From NCBI RefSeq assembly GCF_009834535.1, contig NC_045696.1:52206001-52270000 (forward strand): 64,000 bases of DNA. Direction: 5' to 3'. Of the stretch, positions 12,026-25,429 are shown in pieces (position 1 is the first letter of the stretch; every line of letters begins with the position of its first letter). Made by a program: the position numbers and the translations under genes. Under the pieces are notes generated by a model. That model saw nothing but the letters and a program-made list of their open reading frames with translations. It did not search any database and was not told the DNA's origin. This DNA is from Camelus ferus. Taxonomy: Eukaryota.

Positions 12026-15000
12026 ATGGCAATTAGCACACATCTATTATTAATTACTGTAAATGTTAATGGACTAAATGCTCCAGTCAAAAGACATAGA
12101 GTGGCAGACTGGATAATAAAGCAAGAACCTTCAATATGCTGCATACAAGAGACCCACTTTAGGGAGAAGGACACATATAGATTGAGAGTGAAAGGATGGA
12201 AAAGGATATTCCATGCAAATGGAAAAGCCAAAAAAGCAGGTGTTGCAGTACTGATCTCAGACAAAATAGACTTTAAAACAAAGGCCATAAAGAAAAAGAA
12301 GGACATTTTATAATGATTAAAGGAGTGATACAAGATGAGGATGTTACACTCGTTAATATATATGCACCCAATATAGGAGCACCTAAGTACATACAAGAAT
12401 TACTAACAGAGATAAAGGGGGATATTGATGGGAATACAATCATAGTTGGAGATTTTAACACTGCATTAACATCACTAGACAGATCTTCCAGACAGAAAAT
12501 AAACAAGGCAACAGAGAAATTAAATACTACAATAGAAAAACTAGATTTGGTGGATATTTTCAGAGCATTACACCCCCAAAAAATAGGATATACATTCTTT
12601 TCAAGTGCACATGGAACATTTTCCAGGATCGATCATGTACTTGGGCACAAAAGAAACCTCAACAATTTTAAGAAGATAGAAGTTATCTCGAGCATCTTTA
12701 CTGACCACAATGCCATGAAACTGGAAATCAACAACAGAGAAACAAAGGAGAAAAAAAGGAAAGCATGGAGATTAAACAATATGTTATTGAAAAAACAATG
12801 GATCAATGAGGAAATCAAAGCTGAAATTAAAAAATACCTTGAGACAAATGAGAATGAAAGCACAACCACTCAAAACCTATGGGACACAGCAAAGGCAGTG
12901 ATAAGAGGGAAGTTTATAGCGATACAGGCCTTCCTCAAAAAAGAAGAACAATCTCAAATAAACAATTTAACCCACCACCTGAATGAATTAGAAAAAGAAG
13001 AACAAAAAGCCCCAAAAAGCAGCAGAATGAAGGAAATAATAAAGATCAGACAGGAATTAAATACAATAGAGATTAACAAGACCATAGAAAAAATCAACCA
13101 AACCAAAAGCTGGTTTTTTGAAAAAGTAAATAAAATCGACAAACCTCTGGCCAAACTCACAAAGAAGAAAAAAGAGAGAGCACAAATTAGCAAAATAAGA
13201 AAGGAAAATGGAGAAATTACAACGAACAAAATAGAAATACAGAATATCATACGAGAATATTATGAAAAACTATATGGAACCAAACTGGATAACCTAGAGG
13301 AGATGGACAAGTTTCTGGAAACATACTGTCCACCAAAACTGAATCATGAAGAATCTGAACACTTGAACAATCCAATCACTAGAAAGGAAATAGAAATAGC
13401 AATTAAAAACCTCCCTACAAATAAAAGTCCAGGACCGGACGGCTTCACCGGGGAATTCTACCAAACATACAAAGAAGAACTCATACCAGTCCTTCTCAAA
13501 CTCTTCCAGACAATTGAAAAGGAGGGAATACTCCCAAACTCATTCTATGAAGCCACCATCACCCTGATACCAAAACCAGGCAAAGACCCTACAAAAAAAG
13601 AGAATTATAGGCCAGTATCACTGATGAACATAGACGCCAAAATCCTCACCAAAATTTTAGCAAATAGAATCCAACAACACATAAAAAAGATTATACATCA
13701 TGACCAAGTGGGGTTCATCCCAGGGACACAAGGCTGGTTCAACATATGCAAATCAATCCATGTAGTACATCACATCAACAAGAGAAAGGACAAAAACCAC
13801 ATGATCATCTCAATCGATGCAGAAAAAGCATTTGATAAAATTCAACACCCATTTATGATAAAAACTCTCGCCAAAGTGGGTATAGAGCGAACATATCTCA
13901 ACATAATAAAAGCTATATATGACAAACCTACAGCCAGCATAGTACTCAACGGTGAAAAACTCAAAAGCTTCCCACTAAAATCTGGGAGAAGACAAGGATG
14001 CCCACTATCACCGCTCCTATTCAACACAGTCCTGGAAGTCCTAGCCACAGCAGTCAGGCAAGAGAAAGAAATAAAAGGGATCCAAATTGGAAAAGAAGAG
14101 GTAAAAGTGTCATTATATGCTGATGACATGTTACTATATATAGAAAACCCTAAAAGGTCCACACAAAAGCTACTAGAGCTGATTGAAGAATTCAGCAAGG
14201 TAGCAGGTTACAAAATTAACGTTCAAAAATCAGCTGCATTTCTTTACACTAACGATAAATCAACAGAAGAAGAAAGTAAAGAAACAATCCCCTTTAAAAT
14301 AGCACCCAAAGTAATAAAATATCTGGGAATAAATCTAACCAAGGAGGTGAAAGAATTATACACAGAAAACTATAAACCATTGATGAAGGAAATTAAAGAA
14401 GACTTTAAAAAATGGAAAGATATTCCATGCTCTTGGATTGGAAGAATCAATATTGTTAAAATGGTCACACTGCCCAAGGCAATCTACAGATTTAATGCAA
14501 TCCCTATCCAATTACCCAGGACATATTTCACAGAACTAGAACAAATCATAATAAAATTTATATGGAACCATCAAAGACCTAGAATTGCCAAAGCATTACT
14601 GAAGAGAAAGAAAGAGGCTGGAGGAATAACTCTCCCAGATTTCAGACAATACTATAGAGCTACAGTCATCAAGACAGCATGGTATTGGTACCAAAACAGA
14701 CATATAGACCAATGGAACAGAATAGAGAGCCCAGAAATGAACCCGCAAACTTTTGGTCAACTCATCTTCGACAAAGGAGGCAAGAATATACAATGGAATA
14801 AAGACAGTCTCTTCAGCAAATGGTGTTGGGAAAACTGGACAGCAGCATGTAAAACAATGAAGCTAGAACACTCCCTTACACCATATACAAAAATCAACTC
14901 AAAATGGATTAAAGACAAACATAAGACAAGATACAATAAACCTCCTAGAGGAAAACATAGGCAAAACATTATCTGACATACATTTAAAAAATTTTCTCCT

Positions 15001-15817
15001 AGAAGAAATAAAAGCAAGAATAAACAAATGGGACCTGATGAAAATTACAAGCTTCTGCACAGCAAAGGAAACCAGAAGTAAAACAAGAAGAAAACCTACA
15101 GAATGGGAGAAAATTTTTGCAAGTGAAACCGACAAAGGCTTGATCTCCAGAATATATAAGCAGCTCATATGACTCAATAAGAAAAAAATAAACAACCCAA
15201 TCCAAAAATGGGCAGAAGACCTAAACAAGCAATTCTCCAAGGAAGACATACAAATGATCAAAAAGCACATGAAAAAATGCTCCATATCACTAATTATCAG
15301 AGAAATGCAAATCAAAACTACAATGAGGTATCACCTCACACCAGTCAGAATGGCCGTCATTCAAAAATCTACAAATGACAAATGCTGGAGAGGCTGTGGA
15401 GAAAGGGGAACCCTCCTACACTGCTGGTGGGAATGCAGTTTGGTGCAGCCACTATGGAAAACAGTGTGGAGATTCCTCAAAAGACTAGGAATAGACTTAC
15501 CATATGACCCAGGAATCCCACTCCTGGGCTTGTATCCAGAAGGAAATCTACTTCAGGATGACACCTGCACCCCAATGTTCATAGCAGCACTATTTACAAT
15601 AGCCAAAACATGGAAACAGCCTAAATGTCCATCAACAGGTGACTGGATAAAGAAGGTGTGGTATATTTATACAATGGAATACTACTCAGCCATAAAAACC
15701 GACAACATAATGCCATTTGCAGCAACATGGATGCTCCTGGAGAATGTCATTCTAAGTGAAGTAAGCCAGAAAGAGAAAGAAAAATACCATATGAGATCGC
15801 TCATATGTGGAATCTAA
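12026..15817 (+). pseudogene. L1 ORF2p (APE endonuclease, reverse transcriptase, Cys-rich domain), disrupted
   Basis: Endonuclease motifs NVNGLN, CIQETH, GDFN, IDH, TDH; RT motifs QGCPLSP and YADD (14116-14127); CWRGC..HCWWEC knuckle. Frameshifts near 12290 and 14916, and an in-frame TGA at 15170-15172. Confidence 0.96.
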
Positions 15818-16235
15818 AAAACAAAAACAAAAACAAAAACAAACAAACAAACAAAAGCAAAGCGTAAATAAAGGACAGAAATAGACTCACAGACAGAGAA
15901 TACAGACTTGTGGTTACCAGGGGGGTGGAGGGTGGGAAGGGATAGACTGGGATTTCAAAATTGTAGAATAGACTACACTGTATAGCACAGGGAAATATAC
16001 ACAAAATGTTATGATAACTCACAGAGAAAAAAATGTGACAATGAGTGTGTATATGTCGATGAATGACTGAAAAATTGTGCTGAACACTGGAATTTGACAC
16101 AACATTGTAAAATGATTATAAATCAATAAAAAATGTTAAAAAAAAAACAGACAGCTAAACCGAATAATATTAGTTTGTGGATTTAATAGCAATATATTAA
16201 AAACTGCATATAATGAAATTGTTTGGTCATTACAT

Positions 16236-16298
16236 CAGTGATTTCTAATTGTGGCTAACCATAAGAATGATTCTGAACATTTTAGAACATACCAATGC
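16236..16298. mobile_element. MER5-like hAT DNA transposon relic, left part (continues at about 19923-19960)
   Basis: CAGTGATTTCT...TAAGAATGATTCTG...TTTTAGAACATACCAATGC joins CAGAGCCTACCC...ATTAAATCACAA at 19923, resembling the MER5 consensus as remembered. Confidence 0.5.
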
Positions 16299-19200
16299 TG
16301 GTGTGGCCAAGAAGGCACAGTAGAAAGACCCTGAGCTCACCTCCTCCCCAGGCACATCAAAATTACAACTACTTACAAAGCAACTATCTATGAGAATGAC
16401 CTGAAGACTAGCAGAAGATTTTTCACAACTAGAGAGATAAAGAAGAAATCACAACAAGGTGAGTAGGAAATGTAGAGAGACAGGTGGTATACTCAAGACC
16501 CACACCCCCTAGTAGGAGACCCAAAAACGGGAGGATAACACAATTGCAGAGGTTCTCTACAAGGAGCAAGAGGTCTGAGTCCCACATTGGGCTCCCAGGC
16601 CTGGAGATTTCACACTGAGAAGATAAGCCCACAGAATGTCTGGCTTTGAAAGTCAAAAAAGCTTGTATACAGGAGAAACAGAAAGCTGTAGGAAACAGAG
16701 ATTCTGCTCTTACATGGCATGTGGAAAACCTCACATGCTATAAATTCCCGCATAGAGGCAATAATTTGAAAGGAGCCTAGGTCATAAAAACTTGCTGATA
16801 TTGGAGAGCATCCCAGAAAGGACGAGGCATCTGGGACTCCCTGTGAGGACACAGACACTGGTGGCAGCCATTTGGGGGAGCTCTTTCTGTCATGAGGACC
16901 CTGGTGCTAGCAAGTGTCATTTTGGACTTGGCCTATTAGCACTGGGGCTTACCTGCCCACCAGCAAGCCACCACCAACCCTTTGCCCCCTGGCTCCGCAG
17001 GCAGCCACCCTGGGACCTGGAACCACCCATGAGCTGGCAGGAGTTAGCCCCAGGTCCCTTGGGTCAGGCAGCCAACCACCCTGGGACACAGCCCACCCAC
17101 CAGTGGGCTGGCATCAGCCCTAGAGTGAGATATGCTGGGCCCTGGCCATGCCCACTAGCTGATCAGCATCAACCCTGGCCCAGTGAAGCCTTCCAGCCTA
17201 GCTAGGACCTGGCCTCATCCATCACTGGGCTGACAGCCACTGAAGGTGGCAAGGCATGGAGCCAAATGAGCTGGGAACCATGTTGCCTACGAGCACTTCC
17301 ACAGTAGGTGACCTCACAACAAAAAGGCCCATGCAGTCCACACAGGGGGGCATCTCTAAAGCATATAGCTCTGGTGACCAGAGGGGAGTATGCTATTTGG
17401 CCCCACAGGACATCTCCTAGACAGGCCATATCTACAATATCAGGAAATGTAACCAACCTACTTAATATCTGGAAATAAACACAGACAGTTAGACAAAATG
17501 AGGAGACAGAGGAATATATTCCAAATGAAGGGAAAAAAAGCAAAACTCCAGAAGAACTACACGAAGTAGAGATAAGCAATATACCTAAATAATGAGTTCA
17601 TGGTAATGATCATAAAGATGCTCAATGAGCTTGTAAGAAGAATGGATGAACACCTTTCACCATAGAGTAGGATGTTACCTGCGGGTTTGTCATATATGGC
17701 CTTTATTATGTTGGGGAATGTTCCCTCTATGTCCACTTTTTGGACAGTTTTTATCAAAAACGGATGCTGAATTTTTTCAAAAGCTTTTTCTAGATCTATT
17801 GAGATGATTATACGATTTTTATTCTTCAATTTCTTAATGTAGTGTATCACACTGATTGGTTTGCAGATATTGAAAAATTCTTGCATCCCTGGGATAAATC
17901 CCACTTGATTATGGTGTATGATCCTTTTACTGTATCACTGGATTTCATTTGCTAATATTTTGTTGAAGATATTTGCATCTATGTTCATCAGTGATATTGG
18001 CCTATAATTTTCTTTTTTGTGATATCTTTCTCTGATTTTGGTATCAGGGTGATGCTGGCCTCATAGAATGAGTTCAAAAGTGTTCCTTCCTCTGCAATGT
18101 TTGAGAATACTTTGAAAAGGACAGGTGTTAACTCTTCTTTAAATGTTTGTATACCCACTTTTGCCACTTTTATCCAACATAGTTTTGGAAGTCCTAGCCA
18201 CAGTAATCAGAGAACAGAAAGAAATAAAAGAAATCCAAATTGGAAAGAAAGAAGTAAAATTTTCACTGTTTGAATATGACATTATACTATACATATAAAA
18301 TCCTACAAATACCATCAGAAAACTGCTAGAGCTCATCAATGAATTTGGTAAAAATGCAGGATACAAAATTAACATAGACTTCTGTTACATTTCCATACAC
18401 TAACAACAAGCTATTACAAAAGAGAAATTACAGGAACAATCCCATTTACTATTGTGTCAAAAAGAATAAAATACCTAGGAATAAGCGCACCTAAGGAGAT
18501 AAAAGATCTGTACTTGGAAAATTATAAAACACTGATGAAAGAAATTGAAGACAACACAAAGAAATGGAAAGATATACCATGTTCTTGGATTGGAAGACAA
18601 TTGTTAAAATGCCCATACAACCCAAGGCAATCTATAGATTCAATGTAATCTCTATCAAAGTACCAATGGCATTTTTCACAGAACTAAAAAAAAATTCTAA
18701 AAGTTGTATGGAAACACAAAAAACCCTAAATAACCAAAGCAATCTTGAGAAAGAACAGAGCTAGAGGAATCACACTCCCTGACTTTGTATACTACAAAGC
18801 TACAATAATCAGTAAAGTATAGTATTGGCACAAAAATAGAAACAGATCAATGGAATAGGATAAAGAGCCCAGAAATAAACCCATGCACTTATAGTCAATT
18901 AATCCACAATAAAGGAGGCAATAATATACAATGGAGAAAAGACAGTCTCTTCAATAAGGGGGAAAACTGAATAGTCACATGTAAAAGAATGAAAGTAGAA
19001 CATTCTCTAGCACTGTATATAAAAATAAACTCAAAACGGATTAAAGACCTAAATGTAAGACCAGATGCTATAAAACTCCTAGAGCAAAACATACTCAGGG
19101 CACTCTTTGACGTAAAGTGTAGCAATATTTTTTTGATCGATCTCCTAAAGCAAAGGAAATAAAATAAAAAATAAACAAATGGAACCTGATTAAACTTAAG

Positions 19201-19815
19201 AACTTTTGTACAGCAAAGGAAACAATTGACAAAACAAAAAGACCACCTACCAAATAAAAGAAAATGTTTGCAAAAGATAAGACCAATAAGGGGTTAATAT
19301 CCAACATACATAAACAGCTCATACAACTCAACATCAAAATAATAAACAACACAATTAAAAAATGCACAGAAGAACTAAATAAGACATTTTTCCAAAGAGG
19401 AAAAGCACATAGCCAACAGGAACATGAAAAGATGCTCAACATCCCTAATCATCAGGGAAATGCAGATCAAAACTACCATGAGATATCACCTCACACCTGT
19501 CAGAATGGCTATCATCAAGAAGACTATGAATAACAAACGTTGGTGAGGATGTGAAGAAAAAGGAACCCTTGTACACTGTTGGTGAGAATGTAAATTGGTA
19601 GAGCCACAGTGGGAAGCGTATGGAGGATTCTCAAAAAACTAAAAATAGAACTAACATATGACCCAGCAATTCTACTTCTGGGTATATTTCCAAAAGAAAC
19701 AAAAACACTAATCTGAAAAGACATGTGCACTCCAATGTTTACAGTGGTATTATCTGTAATTGCCAGGATATGGAAGCAACCAAAGTGCCCATCGACAGGT
19801 GAATGGATAAAGAAT

Positions 19816-19850
<35 letters not shown>

Positions 19851-19861
19851 ATAAAAATCTT

Positions 19862-19909
<48 letters not shown>
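16299..19909 (+). mobile_element. Older complex L1: sense 5'UTR plus ORF1 start (16299-17653), inverted ORF2 piece (17654-18150), sense ORF2 (18151-19817), microsatellite tail
   Basis: 5' end GGCCAAGAAGGCACAGTAGAAAGACCCTGAGCTCACC; ORF1 start ATGAGGAGACAGAGG at 17498. Minus ORF 17557-17904 is an RT fragment ([23 protein letters not shown]). Plus-strand ORF2 follows. Candidate TSD AACATACCAATGC (16286-16298) and AACATATGAATGC (19910-19922). Confidence 0.9.
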
Positions 19910-19910
19910 A
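19818..19910. repeat. (TG)15 and (TAAA)12 microsatellites
   Basis: (TG)15 at 19818-19847 and (TAAA)12 at 19863-19910, read directly. Confidence 0.95.
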
Positions 19911-20034
19911 ACATATGAATGCCAGAGCCTACCCTTCACTGATTAAATCACAACTGGCAGTGTCAAATTTAAAGTATACCTGGGATAGCTTTTGTTGTTG
20001 TTGTTAACTATTTAGGCAAAGTTATTAAACACAA

Positions 20035-20160
20035 GCTGCTTTTAACCTATGAGTCTCAGTTTCCTCATCTCTAAAATGGACATAATGATTACACTGTGTG
20101 GATATCGTGAGGAACCTATTAACAGTGACACAGTATGCACTCAAACACTTGTTGGTGCTG
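20035..20160 (+). mobile_element. MIR SINE relic
   Basis: MIR core TTTAACCTATGAGTCTCAGTTTCCTCATCTCTAAAATGGACATAAT. Confidence 0.7.
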
Positions 20161-20734
20161 TTGCAATTAAAGCTCTTGCTATTCTGCATGAGTAGAGCTA
20201 CAGAAGGGAAATTGAGTGCCTGTAAGTAAGAAGGAAGAGTCTTCTTTCAACATCAACCCCAGCAAGAGATGTACTACATCTGTGAAAAATAGGGAAAAAA
20301 GTAGCAAGTTGTATTTGGGCTTCCTCTGATGTTACCCTCGCTGAAATATCCTCATGTCACACACAGGACTACAGAAAGCTCTAAGGTACCCAACATTCAA
20401 TTTCCTGTGAGAACTTATCAACCCCATTCATGAAGTTAATTATACTGAACATTCTTCAATTTCTCTATATAGAATTCCAAAAAATACAAAACATTTAGCA
20501 CATGATCTTATTTATATATACATATAAACATACATACATATAAAAATATGTATTTAAATTTAAAATATGTATATATATAATACTACTAAAACAGTGAGGT
20601 GATTTTTCTTTAATGTATATAATTTTTTTTGCAATGACTGGATTTTCTGCAATAAGCATACATGATTTTTATGATAAAATAATACAGCTATTATTATTTG
20701 AATTAAATAAAATTTATGTCCATTAAAAAATACA

Positions 20735-21160
20735 AATGAATGGACCTAGAGTGTATTATGCTGACTGAAGTCAGACAGAGAAAGACAAATACCATATGAT
20801 TTCATTTATAGTGGAATTTTAACAACAAAATAAACAAAGTAAAACAAAACAGAAACAGATTCATAGATACAGAGAACTAGTGGTTGCCAGAGGGGAGAGA
20901 ATGGGGAGATAGGTGAAGTAGGTAAAGGTGATTGAGGGATACAAATTTCCAGCTATAAGATGAGTAAGCCACAGAGATGTAATGTACAACATGGGGAATA
21001 CAACCAATAATATTGTTATAACTCTGTATAGTGACAGATGGTAACTAGACTTACTGTGGTGATCATTTTGTAATGTATAAAAATACTGAATCATTATGTT
21101 GTGCACTTGAAACTAGTATAATATTTTACATTAATGATAATTCAATAAAAAAATTAAAAA
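20735..21160 (+). mobile_element. L1 3' end fragment (L1MA9-like / Laurasiatherian family)
   Basis: ATGGACCTAGAGTGTATTATGCT...GACAGAGAAAGACAAATACC...TGACAGATGGTAACTAGACTT...CAATAAAAAA; similar to 36630-37050. Confidence 0.85.
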
Positions 21161-22324
21161 GAATACAGAGAAAATACACCTTTCTAAAACTACATTTGTA
21201 CAGAAGAAGTTTGTCCACCCATAGTTTAATTGTATACACTGACTTTACACTTTCTCAAATGTAAAAAAAAGAAAAGAAAACTGGTAAGCAACCAAATGTG
21301 ATCAACTCAGTCAAATTCAGAGAGCTATATATTCTTTAGAACATCACTAATAGGGGAGGGCTTTATAACAGGAAAAGAAAAATCAAATAAGAGAGGAAGA
21401 GAATATGAGTACAGGATTTAACCCTCCCTTTCAGAATATTAGGAAAAATTTTTCAGGATAGAGACATTTCTTTTTCTCTACCACTTCCATATTTTCCCCC
21501 TAAACTCAAATTCTGATCTGAATCTTTTTCTCTACTCTTTCTTCTCATATTGTAAAATTCTAAGACTATTTCTCAAACTGTTGACTTCTGTTAGATCACT
21601 TGATGTGAGCTCAACAAACATGGATCACTAATTTCAGTTGGAAAATTGCTATCTTTTGCAATCTTGCATCAAAATATCTGGCTAACAATGAGCTGTTTGA
21701 GCCATAGATCAAGTAAAATTTTACACAGAAATCAGTTTTTTCTTTTTTAAACTGATCAGAGAATCATGACTTAGGTCTTTCAGGTTAGTAGCAAATTAGA
21801 GGTGGCTCTGTCAGGTAGTTCTGGATTACTTGTAATAACTTAAGCTCGAGGTCATTGAGCTTCTTATTGAGGACTACCTTCAGGATGTATCAGGTGCTGA
21901 TTCAACAATCATTCAAACCTAAAAAGTTGAAGGTTTCAACTTGGATAATTAACTCATTCTTCAGCATGTTAGAAATGTAGCATCAATTTCTTGCCCTCAA
22001 AATGAAAGAACACATCAGATGTTGAGCAAGGGTCACATTCTCAGTGATTATGGAGCCATCTGCATCAGGGTTTGTATTCTAAAGAAATCCTATTTCCTTG
22101 TCTCAACTAAAACTCATGTTGACTTTAAATTAATAAGTTAAAGCTATTTAAGAACTGATATGTACAACTTGACCATGCTACTCACAATTATCGGAATGGT
22201 CTTTATAGGCATTATAAGTATTATGAAAAAATATTTCTCTCATCCCTCATTCATACTTGCCAATGTAGTTTATGAATTAGCTTTCAAGAGAAACCATTTT
22301 GATTCACGTATAACAAAACTTTAC

Positions 22325-22352
22325 CTTGCTATGGGCAAGACTGTTCTCCACA
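22325..22352 (-). other. Candidate 28-nt micro-exon
   Basis: ttgttattgttacag|TGTGGAGAACAGTCTTGCCCATAGCAAG|gtaaagt. Two frames are open (WRTVLPIA or VENSLAHSK). The gene is not recognised. Confidence 0.3.
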
Positions 22353-23590
22353 CTGTAACAATAACAATTTTCTAGTCAACATCACAGCTCAGAAAATAAT
22401 TATTAAAAACAAACAAACACAAATCTCTATTGTAAAGTATGGGTTTTTAGCATTAAACAGAAGAAAAAGCAAGCACTTGTCCCTTGGATGTTCTCGGCAC
22501 AAATGCCAAGAGCTAATTTAGACCTTCCAACTTAAAATTTAATTTAGATATGGTATGTTAGATGTTAGATATGTTAGATGGTATCTATTTTTCCACATTG
22601 TATTAATATGTTGATACAATCCAAAATCACACAATGTGGTTTGATAAAGGATTTTTATCAATTGTTTCTCCTACTTTCTCTTGAAGTATATTTGTCACTA
22701 ACTTTAAAGCTGATTTACTAGTTTTAAAGCAATCTTATGCATTATATGTAACTGTATTTGCTTTGAGGAGTACAACTCAGAATTAAGGCTTTGTAGTTTT
22801 TATCTTTTCACCCTTGGCAACAAAAGTCATCAAGTTTTGTACCAGAGAGTGTTAAAAATGACAAAAAGCTTCAACAGCTTCCTTTGATTATTTGAAGTTT
22901 TGAGAAAAGACAACACTAGGAACTAGGAAGAGAAAGGGCTGCTGGTTATTCATCATTGGGCTTTTCTACTTGTACTTTTTAAAGTGTTTGTACAAAATCA
23001 TCGCACCTGCATATTCACTTTTCCCAGCAGACACTAAATATATGGCCTATATTACTCCAGAATAATCACTATTATTTATAATATCATTGTGAATTATTTA
23101 GTTTAAATTTCATCAATACTTTTATGAAAGTAACAACAAACATCTGAAAGTTACATAAAACATATCAGCCAATACTTATCCTATACTATATCCTATTAAC
23201 TTATTATTGGTTGAGATAAACTGTCTTTGCAATACATAAGTGAATTTTAACTACAAAGTCTGTGAAAATATAACTTCTTTTGTTGTGAAATAATTGTAAA
23301 ATTAATGTGAACAACATTATTTCATTTATTTTCTCTAACACTATCAAAATCCATGGGCCCCTTGATAAATTGCCAGGATGACAGGCAACACATCAGGAAA
23401 ATACTGTTCTAAAGGACAAAGCCCAGAAGTCTGAGTTAGGACAGATGATGCAGCTGCGGCAGATCTTTACTATACATGAGAAAACTGCTTTAAGTAATTG
23501 AAAAACTTTCAAAAATAAGCAACTCATTCACATCATAAACAATCCTCCTTGTCATCATCTGTGACTGAAAAACATGCTTCATCCACATAC

Positions 23591-23725
23591 CTTATTATGA
23601 AATATTGTGAAAGAAAACACCAGCCATAATCACATTCAATGGATCTCTTGAGTAATAAAACTCAGATACACAGTCTGGTCTGTATAAATGTGGCCTTCCG
23701 TGGTATAAAATCGCTTATGTGGCAT
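23591..23725 (-). other. Candidate 135-nt non-coding or poison exon
   Basis: Acceptor ccttttcag| and donor AAG|gtatgt; stop codons in all three frames; lies in repeat-free sequence. Confidence 0.3.
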
Positions 23726-25429
23726 CTGAAAAGGATCTTTTGAGCAATAGCTCAAACAAACAAGCAAAACAGAATATCACACTGTAGATATGATTTCAGT
23801 AGATTTTATTTCTAAATGTTTGTTTTATTTTTACAGCAAGCTCATGCATGTGCGTGACGCTTAAAGATACTAATTCTTATGTAAATGCCCACCTTCTAAT
23901 GATCATACACTCCAGTCACAGTACCACAACTTAAGCACACTGCAAAATGAGATGCCTAGGAGGGTATGGCAATAGAACCAAGAAAATGATGGTAAATATG
24001 CAGTGCAGGTTCTTTCAAAACCAATAGGTCTTTCCTTTTTCCATGGTATCAACTTGCATCAATTGTTCATTTTTTTCCTACTGCCATACTGATATAATGT
24101 CTGAAGTGGAAATAACTTCTTCCTACTCATTAAAAGAATATTGTAAGAGGTTCTGCTTTTATGAACACTAGACATTTTGCCCTAAATATGGATGTTCTAT
24201 AAGGCTTGTTTGGTTGACAAATATAACATGAAGAAGCTACCTCCCACACTTCCCCTGCTGAATTTACTTACTCCACACATACTGCAACCAAAATTTCCTT
24301 AGGAAAAAAAAGTACTCAGAAGCATAGACTACAATTTTTTCTCTAGTTTTTAAATTCTGAGTGTTTTCTGATACATGGTTTGAATTATTATATTTTATAA
24401 GAAACACTTAGAAACACAAAGTTTAAGCTGTGTCAAAATGTTATCACAATTTCCTCTACAAAAGCAGATTGTAATTTAAGTGGTAGTGAATAGCTTGCTC
24501 CCATATGTAAGTTTACCTTATGCATGTGGAATTGAGTGCTTACGATGTTTGCTGCCTATGCAGCTACCTGGAGTTGTGGTAATTCCCTGATCCCAGAGGT
24601 AGTATAATCCTGACTTTGGAATAAACAAAATAAATAATTATTAGTAGCTGATAAGATTTTCTGTATCAAATACCAATTCACCTTTTATTTGAAGAATATC
24701 TATACACACACACAAGGAAAATCTATTATTTCTATTTCAATCCAATTAGACTTTTATTCCTGAATTAATCTGGTTAAGACAAAGTTCCCACACACGCCTG
24801 TGCAATATCCCATTTCAAGACCATCTCAAGGCCTGCCTACTTAATGTGGTGTAAATCCTATGCCAAAGCCAGGGCCTTAGGTTCATATGATTTATATTGA
24901 TAAATCATAATGATAATTATCATAATATCCCAACAGAAGTGTCTGTCATTTTGGGTAAGATAAATAATCTTGGCTTAATTAAAACAAATGTTGAGATGAT
25001 TATTACTGTGTACATTTCAAAGCAACCATAAGCTTCACAAAATGAATCAAATTCACAATTGCTACTCTCACAGAGCTTATGTATTAAGGACTACTATGAA
25101 AGGTCATCCATTAGTCTTTGTTCATACATATAGGAAGCAAAATCAATGATCTGCCCTTTGTTTATAAAGACGTGGCTCTATTTTTTATTTTTTAGATTCA
25201 TTTTAATTGAGCATTTCTTAAACACCTGTCTTAAAATAGTAATTTTTGAATGACCTACAAAAGAGTACATATTAAAGACTAAAAAGGCATTTATAAAAAT
25301 TCATGCATTTTCTAGTTTACCTATATAAATTCATTTTTCACATGTACATGTACTCTCACCAGAAAACTTCACTTTTGCCATATTGAAGTGCCTGCACACT
25401 CATGAACCTGTCATACACTTTTATTTTTA

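Larger units (their letters stand above)
9025..16142 (+). mobile_element. Full-length young LINE-1 (about 7.1 kb), retrotransposition-defective
   Basis: Identical 16-bp TSD AAAAACAGACAGCTAA at 9009-9024 and 16143-16158, at a canonical TT|AAAA endonuclease site. It has a CpG-rich 5'UTR, ORF1, a spacer of about 400 bp, ORF2, a 3'UTR, AATAAA at 16125-16130 and an A-tail. Confidence 0.98.

Noticed and set aside
12313..14976. 887-aa ORF as a novel reverse-transcriptase system (retron, DGR or defence RT) or a host gene
   Set aside because: It is the central part of canonical L1 ORF2p within a TSD-flanked LINE-1, bounded by frameshifts.
19818..19910. Repeat arrays as CRISPR-like loci
   Set aside because: They are simple microsatellites without unique spacers; the context is eukaryotic and there are no cas genes.
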